Source: Eledone cirrhosa | Lineage: Eukaryota | Reading direction: 5' to 3' | Assembly (NCBI GenBank): GCA_964016885.1 | Contig: OZ024758.1 | Location: 31,992,001 to 32,056,000 of the forward strand | DNA length: 64,000 nt | Shown here: piece after piece, positions 36,622-50,834 of the stretch | Layout of the letters: every line of letters starts with the position of its first letter | Position numbering within the stretch: the first letter of the stretch is position 1 | Notes under the pieces: model-generated | The model's database searches: none | What the model saw: the letters and a program-made list of their open reading frames with translations, nothing else | What the model was told of the DNA's origin: nothing | Made by a program: the position numbers and the translations under genes

Positions 36622-38238
36622 CTATCCGTTAGGGTATAATGTGGGGCTGTAATACAGGAAAGTTTTATGCAATTTGTGTTTACAAGCCGAAATTGTCTCA
36701 GATTTTTTGTTTAAGATGTGATCATTAGCATAGAGTATTTCCAGGGCTTCAGCGGCGCAAAGATCGCATGGTCTTTTATTTCCGTTATACGATCTAGCCT
36801 TAGCTAGGATCTTCCAGTGTAACCTATATTGGATGTGGTTGTCTTTTAGACTGCAGATATAAGCTGAAAGTGGCGTCATATTCCTTCTTAAAGAGTTAAG
36901 AAAAGAATGGGTATGCATGTAAAGACGCTGCTTGAATCTATTGGCAGTTAAACCTATGTAGGTCATACGGGACGTGGGTGTTTCGACCTTACATTTGTAG
37001 ACAATGTTACTGGAGAGACATTTCCCGGATAGAGGGCAGTCAACCCGATTCCTACAATTACAGTTAGTACTAGCTACAGGGTTGCATGTGTTCATACGGC
37101 TAGGTAATTTAGCTAAATTTGAAGCAGTGATGTTATGTGCAAAGTTAGGAGTCGTAGAGTAAGAAATTTTAATGCTATTTCTATTAAACATTTTATTATA
37201 TTTATGTGCTGAGGGAAAATGCTTCTTAATAAGGGAGAGAAAGATCCTAGTTAATGGTGTGGCCACCTCCATATTATATGGTGGGTTATACCATATAATG
37301 TGTCGGGATCTATTTTTCCTAGGTTTATGCTCATAGTTAGTATATGCTACCTTATTGACAAATCCACTCCGAGCAAGAGCTTCATTGTAATATGTGCAAT
37401 GGTCGGTGAAAATATGCTCGTTTGTAGATAGACGGGAAAGCCTCAAAGAAACGTTTCTTACCAGGTTCTTGGTTATGCTGACAGGATGGTTAGAACGCTT
37501 ACTGATGTAATTAAGCGTATCATTCGGCTTTCTATACGAGTAGTGCAAGCCATTCGACAAACGGAGGGTAACGTCGAGGTAGTTTACGACCGAGAGGTTG
37601 GCCTCAACCTGTATGGAGAGGTTGAAGCCTTTAAAGAAGGCTGTGAGTTCTTTTCTAAACCTGTCGCAAGTGCGGGGACCGCACTTCATCATGGTCAAAA
37701 GACCGTCATGGCGGTACCTACCACGGCCCACGTTGGGGAATTCTTCTTTGATAGAGAAAATAAGGAAAAGGCTGATAAGATCAGTAACCTCCGCCCATAC
37801 TCACGTCGAATGGGGTACTATTAGATTTTTTTATCCAAATAGAGTCGTCGAAATTAATCACCGACTTACGGGCATTGAGGATGGCATCAACTTCGAAATC
37901 CTTAACCACCATGAGCGTTTTAGCGAAATTGATAGCTCTAAGAAGAAGTGGTAAAGTGATGGAGGAGTAGTAGTTGTTGATGTCGAATTGGATAAAACGG
38001 TAATGTTCCTTGTTGCATATGCCATTGAACCAATCAATCTCTGCGAAAGAATTATTCCACAGTGCAAGAGGAGCCAAGCTTCTAATTTCAGGTATAATTC
38101 TATCTAAAATCCTTTTACTAAGTCTACCTAAATCAGCCTTCGTAGGGTTAATTAACCGAATAGAAGGGCTGTTGGTGAAATTGGGTCCTTCAGGGTAAAG
38201 TGGGGGGAGAAATAGGGTCCAGAGGTTCAGTCCGGTCC
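36622..38238 (-). mobile_element. Penelope-like element, Naiad-type (RT + CxCx5Cx5C linker + GIY-YIG), frameshifted and 5'-truncated
   Basis: IRLINPTK, QFDINNYYSSI, FDVSMG, VNYLDVTL, IIWYNPPY, CNCRNRVDCPLSGKC, IVYKC..TYIGLT..FKQR, CDLC..E. Confidence 0.93.
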
Positions 38239-38271
<33 letters not shown>

Positions 38272-38799
38272 TGACCTTTCGTTATCGAGTATGTCCATTG
38301 CACGATTATTAATAATTAAATAATTATTGATTAATTCTATCGTGCAATGCCTGTGCGTGAACATATTTTTTAAAGTGAGGAAAGACTGTGCACTGAGCCA
38401 ATCCCACTCTCTGAGCGACAGTAGCTATAACCCGAAAAGAAGAAAAGATCAACCTCATTGGTAACTACCGAGCCGCAGGTTTTATATCGGAGTTATCCCA
38501 GTTTCCTGAGTTGCATTCTCCTAAAAGAAAGTCCTGACAAAGGCTAGGGGTCCTTCACTCCCAGTGATTTAACCGTGCGGTACATGTGTATATACATATT
38601 TACACACTTTCGGATGGCCGTTGACTCTTATGAGTTCTTCCGCCCTTTGTCAGGTTTTATTTTTTGTCCTGCAGGGTGTCCAAAATCCTCCTCCTCACCA
38701 AGTAAACTTGGTGGGGTTACCGGTTTAGTCGCCGACGACCCGACCATATGATAGGTTATACTGGGTTACATGTTACCAGTAGCACTCAAGAGTGACCCG

Positions 38800-38841
<42 letters not shown>

Positions 38842-38924
38842 ATTTGGTCGTTTTGGAAGGCTCAACAATGCAGATCTCCGGGTAACAGAATCCGGTGGTC
38901 AAGAGAGAGATGTAAGAGGGAATG

Positions 38925-39519
38925 TAGAATGAGATGTATAGTATGTAGAGGAACGTAGGAAAGAGCGTAAAAAATAAAAATAATAACACGAGATAGAGTT
39001 ACCTTGGGAGAGATTTAATTGTCCCTATATTTCGGATTTCGCATCCATCAACTGGAGGGTTTTCCGGGGAGGAAAGTTATCTGTCGGAGAGGAACGGTAC
39101 GTGGCCTCTGTTGTCCGCCATTTGTGTGTAACTGAGATATTCTGTAGAGCACACGTGCGCGCGGAATAGGTGCGGTCAAGCAAAGGTCGAGGCAGCTTCT
39201 CTTTATTGTAGGAGTGGGATGGTGCTAGCTGTCAATACATTGTACTACCTATATTCTTTGTTACTGGCAGTGTAGTATTCTGTCTGGTCGTTTGTTGGTC
39301 GGTGAATGGTGGGGGCGCTATACACACAATAACAATCGTTCGAATGCCACTGTGTGTGTGCGTGTGCTGTTGCCTCCTTTGTTTACCCCCAGTTGATGGA
39401 TGCGAAATCCAAAATATAGGGACAATTAAATCTCTCCCAAGGTAACTCTATCTCGTGTTATTATTTTTATTTTTTACGCTCTTTCCTACGTTCCTCTACA
39501 CTCTATACATCTCATTCTA
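38925..39519. repeat. Inverted repeat (about 130-bp arms) around a Penelope-like 3' remnant; arms carry a hammerhead-like variant
   Basis: 38925-39055 is the reverse complement of 39389-39519. Confidence 0.85.
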
Positions 39520-39762
39520 ACATGAAATACATACCAGCACACATATATCCCAGAAACGATCGTAAAATGATGAATTTTTCAATATAAGGAACCTGTTCTT
39601 TGTTTTTATTTCATTGTTTTTATTAATTTATCTTTACTCTGTTTTCCTATGATTTTTATCGTTAATTTTTGAATGTATTTTCTCTTTTCATGATATCTTC
39701 TATATTTGGATTACATTGAGTTCTTCATACGGATTGGACACCACCGTTTATTTTGGTAGATT

Positions 39763-40366
<604 letters not shown>

Positions 40367-41183
40367 TCTATATATCCATATATATAAATTTTGAGTATAT
40401 GTTGGTTGTTTACCGACACCTCAGTATGCAGGTTGGAGAACTCGACGAAGTACGCAGGTTGGTTTGTTTACTCCGGGGACATGTTAAATTTGGCTTCGTT
40501 TATTATAAATTCTCTGCTATATATATTTCAGTGACAGCTATTATTGGCTGTGATCTCTTCAGGCAGTACGAATTAATGTAGAAAGAACAGATAAACATGG
40601 TGTTGAAATGTGTTCCACTCTGTCAATTCATCGATATGTCCAGCTCCTGGGTGTGTTGTTACTCCTACGAGGAACTGGAATCATATGATACGATTCCAGT
40701 TCCTCGTAGGACTAACAACACACCCTTGCCTCCACCTTTTTATGTGATTCTCTCTCCCCCCATTAACAGCTGGGTAACGGTTGAGACTTGATGACTCCCC
40801 TTCTACAGACACTGTCCAGAGACCTTTTGGATTCTCCCCCCTACTTAAAGGCATATCGAATGGTGCACCTTCTCCTCCTAACCTTATAGCTCTGAAATAT
40901 AAGAACGCAATGCCACTACAAAAGTGAGCAAGGTTGAACTCTCAAACTGTACGCGCACAAAAAATGCAGTAAAGGCGTTCACGGGTATGTCGTTCTAATA
41001 AATCACGCCTCCCATTTCTTATGTTACCCATACACCATCAAGCATTCCATGTCACCCATTCTCTGTCTACCACCCCATGTCACACATTTCCCTGATCTCT
41101 CATCATTCAGTGCATCCAAAATGTGCACATTTTGTCAGAGTGGCAACTCACAAGTAAACTTACCCATCTTTTTTTATTCACTA

Positions 41184-44100
41184 GGAGACAGTGGCAGAGA
41201 GAGAGATGCTTGCCTGAATGCAAATAGCGCAGCCCTTGAAAGAGCAAAGCGAGCTGAGACGGCCGCAGAGAGAGATATTTGCCTTACTGCCGAAAGAGAG
41301 TCACACCAATGCACGAAAGAAGGTGAACACGCACTCTCCAGAACTCTAAGACAGAGATTTGATAGACCTGCACGAACAGCAGCCAGTGCTGCTAGGAACA
41401 TTGTCTGGTTCAAGGCTGCCTTCAGCTACGATCTCACTAGGGATTATGACAGCAACCCTAAGGTCTCCATTGGCAGAATGGATAATGTCTGCGCATACTG
41501 TAGGGCCATTAAGTGGCCAGGCAAGGCTCCAACTATGTGCTGCACTGGAGGAAAGGTGAGACTCGAGACAATGCAAGTTCCTCCAGATGTACTGAGGCAG
41601 CTGCTTACAGATGACACTCCAAAGGCCAAGCACTTTCGTGGTAAAATCTGGAAGTACAATACATCATTTATGATGACATCCTTCGGTGCAGACAAAGACT
41701 TGACGAACCGAGGTTTCTCCACCACGTATAATATCCAGGGCCAGTACTATCACCACTTGGGTAGCCTGCGACCAGTTTTAGATGAAGGGCCCAAGTATGT
41801 GCAAGTGTACTTTATGGGTGGTGGCAATGAGGAAGTTAATCAGCGCTGCAGGCTCACTCAAGGTGTTGACAGACAGATAATAGTAGAGCTCCAGAGTATG
41901 CTACACACAACTCACCCTTATGTCCACAGCTTCAAGTGTGCTTTGGAATGAATGGAGTAGATGTCTGCTCTCAAAGTGATCATCAAGGCTGACAGGCGGC
42001 CAGTTGGCAAGCATGCTTGGCGGTTCAATGCTCCTGCAACAAATGAGGTTGCAATCATTCTGTTTGGAGAAGAGCATGGCAAGCGTGACATTGTCTTGAA
42101 TCACCGCGACAACTGCTTATCATCCACCAAGGAGACACACAGGTCATATGATTGTTTAATTTTGAGCTGCGCCAAGTAAACCCGGTAAATGGACAGGAGA
42201 CCAACAACACTATTTTTTGCAAAGATTCCTATATCTACCGTCTAATGGTCTGAGATGGGGAATTCAATCAGCTTCTGCGGTTCAAGGAGGTGACAAGCCA
42301 GCTTATGGTGGATATGTACGCAAAGATAGAAACTGAGCATTTGTTATACGTTCGCATAAACCAGAATAAATTGAGATTAGAACAATATATCCACTTGCAG
42401 GATGCACTGAATTGCGATGGCATTGCTCAAAACGAGGGCCAGCAGGTCATCCTACCATCTAGTTTTACTGGCTCGCCCTGCTACATGCATCAACATAACA
42501 TGCCATGGCCTATGTGCGCAAGTTTGGCTGACCCGATCTGTTTATAATGTTTACCTGCAACCAAAAGTGGAAGGAAATTCAGGCCTACCTCTTTGAAGGT
42601 TAAAGGAGCGCTGACAGGCATGATCTTATCGCAAGGGTTTTCCACCAGAAACAGAAAAAACGTTTGTGGCTGCTAAAAGATGGAAGAATATTTGGTGATC
42701 TTAATGCATGGATGTACACTATAGAGTGGCAAAAACGGAGCCTCCCTCACTCTTTGGTGCAAGGAGAGGATCAGACCACAGAATATTGATTAGATCATTT
42801 GTGCAGAATTGCCCAACCCAGAGCAAGAGATGGAACTGTACACCACCACCAAGACATGGAACTGTACACTACCATCAAGACACAAATGGTACACGGACCC
42901 TGTGGCAACCTCAACCTAGGTCCTCGTGCATGGAAAGCAACAAGTGCACTAAAAGGTTCCCCAGGGAATTTATCCAGGAAACACGTACTGGACACGATGG
43001 TTATCCACTGTACAGGTGCAGCATACCAGAAGACGGTGGATTCAAGGCTAAGTTCAGAGTTAATAGCCAAGAGATGGAGACAACATTTGGATCGTGCCCT
43101 ACATCCCATTGCTGTCTAAAACATTCAACACCCATGTCAATGTTGAGTCATACAACTCGATAAAGATTATCAAATATGTATGCAAATACATCAATAAGGG
43201 TTCTGACATGGCAGTATTTGGTGTTGAACAGGCAGATGAAATCAAGCAATATCAGTTGGGCATATTTCATCCAATGAAGCTATGTGCTGCATCCTTGGCT
43301 GTGAAATCCATGAGCGGCATCCAACAGTGGTGAATCTGTCTGTTCATCTGGAAAATGGCCAGCATGTGTACTTTAGATAAGAAACAGCCCGCAACGTTAT
43401 TGAGCAGCCACCAGAAACCACTCTGACGGCTTTCTTCAAGTTATGCCAGGCTCACCTGTTTGCTAGAACACTTCTGTATATTGAGGTTCCTGTCACAAAA
43501 AATGGTCACAAAAAATGGAGCACGTGCAAACAAGGAGCACTAGTTGAGGGCTGGGAAACGGTCTTCAAAAGCAAGGCCATCGGGTGAGTGTACACTGTGT
43601 ACCCCAATCAGCAGGAGTGCTTCTTTCTGTGTCTGCTGTTGCACACTGTCAGAGGTCCTACATCATTGACAGACTTGCGAAGGTTCATTGGAGAGATCTG
43701 TTCGACCTACAGGGAAGCCTGAGCCAAACATGGACTTCTGTGACCAGACATTGGAGGAGGCTGCAGTCCCCAGAGTCTCAAGACAGCTACGTCAGTTATT
43801 TTCCATCATGCTGATGACATGTAGCTTGGGCGAGCCTCTTAAACATTGGGAGACCTCCAAAGAAAGCATGGCAGACTTACTTCGCGGGATTCAGAGAGAG
43901 CACCCCTCGGTAAATATGGAAATTAATTATGGGATTTTCAATGCGGCATCGACATCGACATCGACACCTGAGTGCAAACTATGGGGGATTAAAGAATTGT
44001 CACTTTTGGTCTGCCTCAACCAGAACAGGCAAACAATACTCTAGCAGTTGAGTACATACACGACATCAACTATTATGCCGAAGAAATCGCAGCGTACGCA

Positions 44101-45454
44101 GTTGATAAGGAGCACCGACTGACAGAGGATCAAAGGTATGTTTACAACTCAAACATTTCCAGCATTGAGGGTGAAAAGGGAGGCATAATTTTCCTGGACG
44201 CCCCAGGTGGGACTGGTAAAACATTCATCAACCTTTTGCTGGCGAAACTACAGCATACGAAACAGGTTGCTCTGGCAGTGGCCTCAAGTGGAATAGCTGC
44301 TACCCTGCTAAGTGGTGGCCGCACAGCCCATTCGTCTTTCAAACTCCCTTTGGACCTGTCCAAGAAAGAGAAGGCAACTTGCAACATCAGTCGTGGCTCC
44401 ATAAGAGGCAAACTCCTCAGTGAGTGCAAGTTGATCATCTGGGATGAGGCAACTATAAGTTATAAGGGGACCTTTGAGGCTCTTGACAGGGTATTGCAGG
44501 ATCTGAGGAACAACATGCGGCTCATGGGAGGTGGAACAGTCCTGCTTGCTGGAATCTTCAGAAAAACACTTGCGGTGCTTCCAAAGGGAAAAGGAGCTGA
44601 CAAGGTAAATGCTTCCTACATGTGGAGCAGTGTGACTAAGTTAATACTCCAAATGAACATGAGAGTGCAGCTTAGTGGTGATGAAGCTGGAACTTTATCC
44701 AGGCAGCTGATGGACGTAGGAAATGGCAGTCTGGTTGTTGGACAAAATGGTCAGGTCAGTTTACCTTTTGGGAACATGATTTCCGATATGCATGACTTAT
44801 TGTCTAAAGTGTATCCAAACCTGGGGATTCAGTTCGAAGACCTCACCTGGCTGAGAAAACGTGCCCTCTTAGCGCCCAAAAATGCTGCAGTGGATGACTT
44901 GAACATCAGACTCCTAGAGCAGCTGCTAGGTGAGCGTCGCAGCTACAAGTCATTTGACTCTGTACTTAACCCGGACGAAGTTACCCCATCGAATTTTTGA
45001 CCAGCTGACACCAGCAGGCTTCCCACCTCACAACTTGCACCTCAAAATTGGTGCAGCAATTATGCTTTTAAGGAACCTGGACCCACCCAAACTCTGCAAT
45101 GGGACACGACTTACGATCAAGAAGATGATACCAAGAGTCCTAGAGGCGACCATTTTGACTGGCAAAGCAAGTGGTGAAGTTGTCTTCATACCGTGTATTC
45201 CTCTGGTCCCATCTGATGTGCCATTTGAGTTCAAGTGCCTACAATTTCCAGTGAAACTGAGCTTTGCAATGACTATAAACAAGGCACAGGGTCAGTCCTT
45301 GGAGATGGTTGGCCTAAACCTGGCCGAACCTGTCTTTTCCCACGGCCAGCTGTATGTAGGTTGTTCAAGAGTCAGTAATCCAAATAATTTGTTCATTTAT
45401 GCTCCACAGGGCAAGACCAATAATGTTGTTTACCAAGAGGCTCTGCAAAACTGA
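41184..45454 (+). pseudogene. Helitron Rep/PIF1-helicase pseudogene
   Basis: CAYCRAIKW..CCTGGKV zinc motif, YTIEWQKRSLPH, KYVCKYINKG (Rep), DAPGGTGKTF, GRTAHS, IIWDEA, FAMTINKAQGQSL, HGQLYVGCSRV. Many stops and frameshifts. Confidence 0.95.
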
Positions 45455-45633
45455 TAATCCTCAACCACTAGTCAATTGTTTCATGTATTCATAAACCTGT
45501 CTATTTGTAAACCTTATTTAAAGCCTATTTGTCTATATGTCCCGTGTCATCAGGTATTTGTAAATCTTTGTGTAAGCCCATATGTTTGTAAACATAGTTG
45601 TTAATGTTTTGTGAATCTATACTTTTGACACAG

Positions 45634-45800
45634 GGTGAGCTCAATGCTTTTACTTCTCCCCTTCCCGGCGGATTCACCAGTAAGCTGCAACTTCTTGGCG
45701 TTGGCGTCATGAAGCAGTTCAAGGACCAGATCTGCGAACAGGCCGATAACTTTTCGATAGGCGCTGTCGATCAGGCAGTTAATCATTTGCACATCACCAA
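45634..45800 (+). pseudogene. pogo/Tigger-like DDE_1 transposase fragment inside the Helitron
   Basis: LPGGFTSKLQLLGVGVMKQFKD resembles the motif PGG.TS.LQPLDVGV.K.FK. Confidence 0.6.
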
Positions 45801-46089
45801 CTGGATCTCCCTTGAGCCAGTGTCAAGACTGAAAGCATGCAGAAGACCTGGAGAGGATTTGCATGTGAAAGCCACCGTTGATGTCACCATGGCAGTCCAG
45901 CTGTGTTATGTCTACTATAGGGGGAAAACAGTCTTACACACACAAACACATGCATGTGTATTTATGTATGTCATGAAAGCTACTATAACTGTTGGTGTAC
46001 CTAAAAGAAATAGAAAACGAATCTTCCTCAAACAAGATCCTACTACCATAGAGGTAAAAGTTGGTGAAACCTACAGTGTAAACATTTTA

Positions 46090-46290
46090 ATTAACCCAGG
46101 CTCTGCCGTACTTTGGAGGGTAAAGTCTCCAAATATAGGCCGCTCTCCGACAGGTTTGTTGTTGAGCCCATAGCAATGGAGACTTCTGATGTCCTTGGCA
46201 CTAGGGCTACCTCCCAACTCACCACCAGGGGTGAGCCTCGCAAGCCGGAATGGATTTTCCAGCGCGTCTCCCTCACCATCCTCTATTCCG
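46090..46290 (+). mobile_element. REL-LINE C-terminal fragment inside the Helitron
   Basis: KVSKY..L..RFVVEPIAMETSDVLG...GEPRKPEWIFQRVSLTI. Confidence 0.65.
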
Positions 46291-47242
46291 ATCGCCGGGG
46301 CTGCTGGGTAGCCAGCGCATGGGCCCCCATTTGCTCATAATAGTGAGTGATGGGGATATCGGGAGAGATGGAGGCAGTGACAGGATGGGAGTTTGGTTCC
46401 TGGTGTATATATATATATTTACCACACCTACATTTAAATAAACTTTCTTGAATTACAGAAATGAGTAAGTAAATTCTTCATTCATTCATCAACCAATGGT
46501 AAATTTATTATTTTATTTTATTTTATTTATGCTTTTAAAAATAACCTTCACATCTTGTTCGAATTTTGAAAAAAAAAAAGGATAAATAAAAGCTAAATTT
46601 ATTTTTTTGGTCATGCCCTTTTCACTGACAACATACCTAATGATTCTTCCTGTAATAGGGAGCAGTATTTAAAAAATCACCACTGGACAAAACTAATAAT
46701 ATTTTTTATCTAGATGATTTGCTTTAAACAAACGGCAATAAATATTCTGCTATAATTCCCACTTTAGTTAAAATTCAGCAATCATATTTCAATGGTAAAA
46801 TATTGTAACTTTAAAATACTTGGGAATCACCGGGTAGCTCAGCTAGTACATTCATATATATATATATATATATACCTCGTTTTTTAATTTGTTTTTGCAA
46901 GATTTCTTATCTGAAAATGTGTGATGAAACAGATATAGTTATACTTTGGGAGGGTCATGGTGCTAATAAAAACACACACCTGTTGGTTTTCACTTCAATT
47001 TATTATAAATTTCCGGTTGGTTGTCAAAGCTCTTTATGAGTTGGCACAAAAACAAGATAGTGTAGGACAGAACAAAGGAAAGACACAAAATAAAAACAGT
47101 CGGTGAGGAGGTCACAGAATGTGTGACAAAAGAGCTTTGACCATCCGGTTATTGAACCAACCAACCAGAAATTTATATTACATAGAAGTGCATGTTTTTA
47201 TTTGCACCATGACCCTCCCTAAGTATAACAATATATATATAT

Positions 47243-47295
<53 letters not shown>

Positions 47296-47494
47296 AGGTG
47301 AAGCTGGAAATAGTACGAAAAATATATTTAAGGGTCTGTTTTTCTTTTTTTTTATCCTTTCTTTGATTCGTCAAAGTGACATTATTGAAAAAATGAGAGG
47401 AACAATTCTTTTAAAAAAAAGTTTTATAATGTATATACAATTTATAAGGTATTACCGGTTTTGATGTATTATTAAAATTCATATTATCAAATAT

Positions 47495-47865
47495 TCATAT
47501 TAAATCGGACTTCGTAGGGTTAATATGCCGAATAGAAGGGTTGTTCGGAAAATAGGATTTGTGATCCTTCAGGGTAAAGTGGGGAGGTTCAGTCCGGTCC
47601 AGGATGTTGAGATCAGAGGTGATTTTAAACCCAGCATCATTGATTTCATTAATGACACTCCGATTAGTTTTACGGTAATCCTTAGTTACAGCATTATGTA
47701 GCAGTTGATGGTAAGTACTGCGCTCCACTTGATATAGATTGCCAGTTTTGTCGGAATGGACGTGCACGGCATTAGAATCCTTAATAGAACGAATTCTATT
47801 CTTCAGGTCCTGCTGGAAGGAATTGCTCCTATTCCGAAATTTGATACTCCGTATGAGCTCCAAAT
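47495..47865 (-). mobile_element. Naiad-type Penelope N-terminal RT fragment
   Basis: NSFQQDLK...HSDKTGNLY...FTLKDHKSYFPNNPSIRHINPTKSDL. Overlaps in sequence with 38130-38238. Confidence 0.85.
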
Positions 47866-48456
47866 AATGACGTATTATATTCGTTTGTTCCCGTTCTTTG
47901 CCAGGGAACGTTTCCACGAACCAAAGTATCGTCTTCCTGTCTTCCTCCGGTTGCAACGTTTTTTGAAATATTCACTTCTGCGTTCACAGATTGAATTTGT
48001 TAGTTTCAGAAGATCCCGTTAAGGGTGAAAGCAGCGATTCTTTGCTTAAACTTTAATCTGTTATTTTAATAAATATTTACTCTACGGTTCTTATATATTT
48101 GATATATATTTATTCTTATCGAGCCCTCTTTGGATTTTAGTCTTCAAATTTATTATTATTACTATATATATATATATATATAAAAGGTTTACATATACAT
48201 AAATTTATATATGTTACAACCGGTCACTCTTTAGCTCTATGAAGAATTAATCAATTAAATACTCAGAGCAATATATTATTATAAATCATGTCTACAGAAT
48301 TATTAGATAAACAAAATATATACTCCATTTCCTCTGCCAAACAGCCCAATCAACTATATAAAAAAATCAATTATACTAAGCCATAAGGATAAAAGCTCCT
48401 ATGAAGAAATCTCCGACAAATAAACGAGAGTGGCTTCTTCGCGTTTTCCACAGAAG

Positions 48457-49542
48457 AAGGGTCAAGAGGCCAGCGACCAAAGAAATAAGCATTCTGAATA
48501 AATGCGCAGTTTTCAACGGCAAATTTACGTGGTAAATTTTTAAACCGGCAAATAGGAGAATATAGCTTAAAGCTGGAGAATCCTTGGCGAGAAACGTTAT
48601 CTCTGGCGTGTGGTTATCTCCGTGAGTGGAGAATTCTGCTGCCTACACGTGCCAAAACAAGGTTAAGTTTTAAAAAAAAATGTTCTATTGCGCGAGAAAA
48701 TGGCGCGAAAATGATAGTGCAACAGGTCGTTGGCAGCCATTTTGAAAAAATGTGTGTGTGAAAGTGACAATGATGAAAAAGAAAGAAAGGCTTCACTTAG
48801 TATAACAAATATGGCGAGTTCAATTTTTTTTTTTTGTGAACGATGAAAAAAACTTGAACGATGAAGAAAACGATGAAAAAAAGCAATAGCTGAGATTCAT
48901 CGAAAATAAATGTTCATGTTGAAATGTTTAAAAAAAAAAATCAAATTTCTTTTTTTTTGTTTGTTTTTAAAGTGTTCGTTGTAAGAAGAAACGAAAAACA
49001 TATATATATATATACAGTGAAATGCGACAGTTAGTTGATGCGTGAGAGAAAAAGAGTCTGTCTGAACGAGAATTTCACATGTGCGTGTGTTCGTTTCTGT
49101 GTCTGCGTATTTTCATAGTTTGTCAATAAAATTTGCTGCGTATTCGTAATGTTACTCACACAACACCAGATTCTGTTATTTTTTTTCTTTTTTCGGGGTC
49201 ACCACTTATAACAAAATACTGGGTTGTATAAGTATAACAAGAGACGTGGTTTGTGTGTATAATATTTAATTAACAATTTGTGGATATATAGAACAGTATA
49301 GTTGACATGTCAATGAATAGATGAGAGAATGAAGCAAAGTTATTAGTTACCGTTTGGTTGCCAGGTAAACACGCCTGGCCGAAGGCCAGGAGCCGAAAAG
49401 GCAAATGAGAGATAGGGAGCTTAAAGTTATTCCCTTTATAGGGTTGGAACGGAAGTTACAGAAAGGGTTCTACTTCCTATCTAGAGAGCGTTAATCTATT
49501 GGTAATGTGATTGTCACAACAAGGGAAGCAACTCCTGCTACA
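48457..49542 (-). mobile_element. Second, diverged copy of the non-autonomous LTR element (LTR 49207-49542, PBS, part of internal region)
   Basis: Colinear with 13060-14121. PBS TGGTGACCCCGA at 49193-49204 is complementary to the tRNA-Trp 3' end. Confidence 0.88.
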
Positions 49543-50834
49543 AATCTATAGTGGGTGTCTGTATGGTCTAATGTGTGAACCGAAGTTTGGAACGCTAAAC
49601 TTATGTTGCGAGTTATAGGATGAAATAAATTAAATTAAAAATATTATATTGCAAAATGGTAAATTGAAAAATAGAGGCAGCGAGATTTATTTATTTAACG
49701 AACTTACGGAGAGTCTTATATGAGAAAATGTTATTTTATTTAACTCGATAAGATATTAGGATGGGATATGGAGTAAAGATTTCGATTGGGAGTCCCAGCC
49801 AGCACACCCACCACCATGAGTTAGCCAGTCTCGAGTGGTATCGTCCAGCGAAAGAAATGGAAATTAATTTTTCCGAGTACTCTAGGAACGTAGATAACTT
49901 TGGCCCCGGGATCGCTAACGGGAACCCCACAATTTCGACAGGCCATAGTCTATACCACGAATACTATTAAATCACACATTAGGGGTTTATTTGCATGTCA
50001 ATAGAGGCAAGATACAGCTAATAGTTGTGCCCAAACCTGGAGTTTGTAGGTACAGGTATAATTAGGCTGCCAAAACAGGCGGCGCGGTGGGACTGGGGCA
50101 GAGCAAGCCACTCCGAGTAATTTCATTTACCGAAAGAGGAAAAATTTATTTTTCCGAGCACTCAAGGAAGGCTGAACTTTCCGAGTGCCCAGCGCGCAGC
50201 CGGGAAAAAGCCACCACACAAGTCAAACAATGAAAAGTGCAAATAGATCAAAATTATTTTAAATTATTTTAAAGTCCCAGTTAGTCCGGGTTATAGCTAG
50301 CGTGGTTCTTGGGTGGGTAGGGGGCTATGAAGGCGCATAGTGACCTGAGTAAGGAAAAGTTACAAAGAAATACCAATACATTGATAAAAATACATTAATA
50401 AAATAATAAAATATACATTAATGAGATAGTAAAAAATTAATAAAGGTAAATAAGAGTCAATATAGATCAAGTTGTAGTAAGATAATATAAGTTGTACATA
50501 TAGATATAGATATAGAGGATGGAGGAGATGGAATGGTAACAGATTTTACCTAGTGTAAAGTTCGGGTTCCGAATTCAGTGCGAGTCACAAAAAGTCCTGA
50601 GGTATAGAGTATAGAATACAGTCAATACAATACATGTTTTAGTATAATACGTAGAGTTTTGTCGGAATCGGAATCAACCCGACAAGGAAGTAGTATCAGG
50701 TGGCGGTAGATAAGGCGCAGAGCAGCCAAAATCCGAATGGTAAGTAGATCAGTTAATCCCATGCTGGTAATAGCTGTACACTGAAGTCAGTGCCGCTGTT
50801 CAATATTACATTTTGAAGTGCTCAACATTATTTC

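Larger units (their letters stand above)
40367..46846 (+). mobile_element. Helitron, probably complete but inactive
   Basis: 5' A|TCTATA (or TC at 40375) at the edge of the TA tract, 3' end GGGAATCACCGGGTAGCTCAGCTAG|T, and an internal RepHel gene. The boundaries are inferred. Confidence 0.7.

Noticed and set aside
37020-37065. Selenocysteine-encoding Naiad
   Set aside because: The linker Cys positions in all three copies are TGT/TGC (one CGC), not TGA, and no SECIS was identified.
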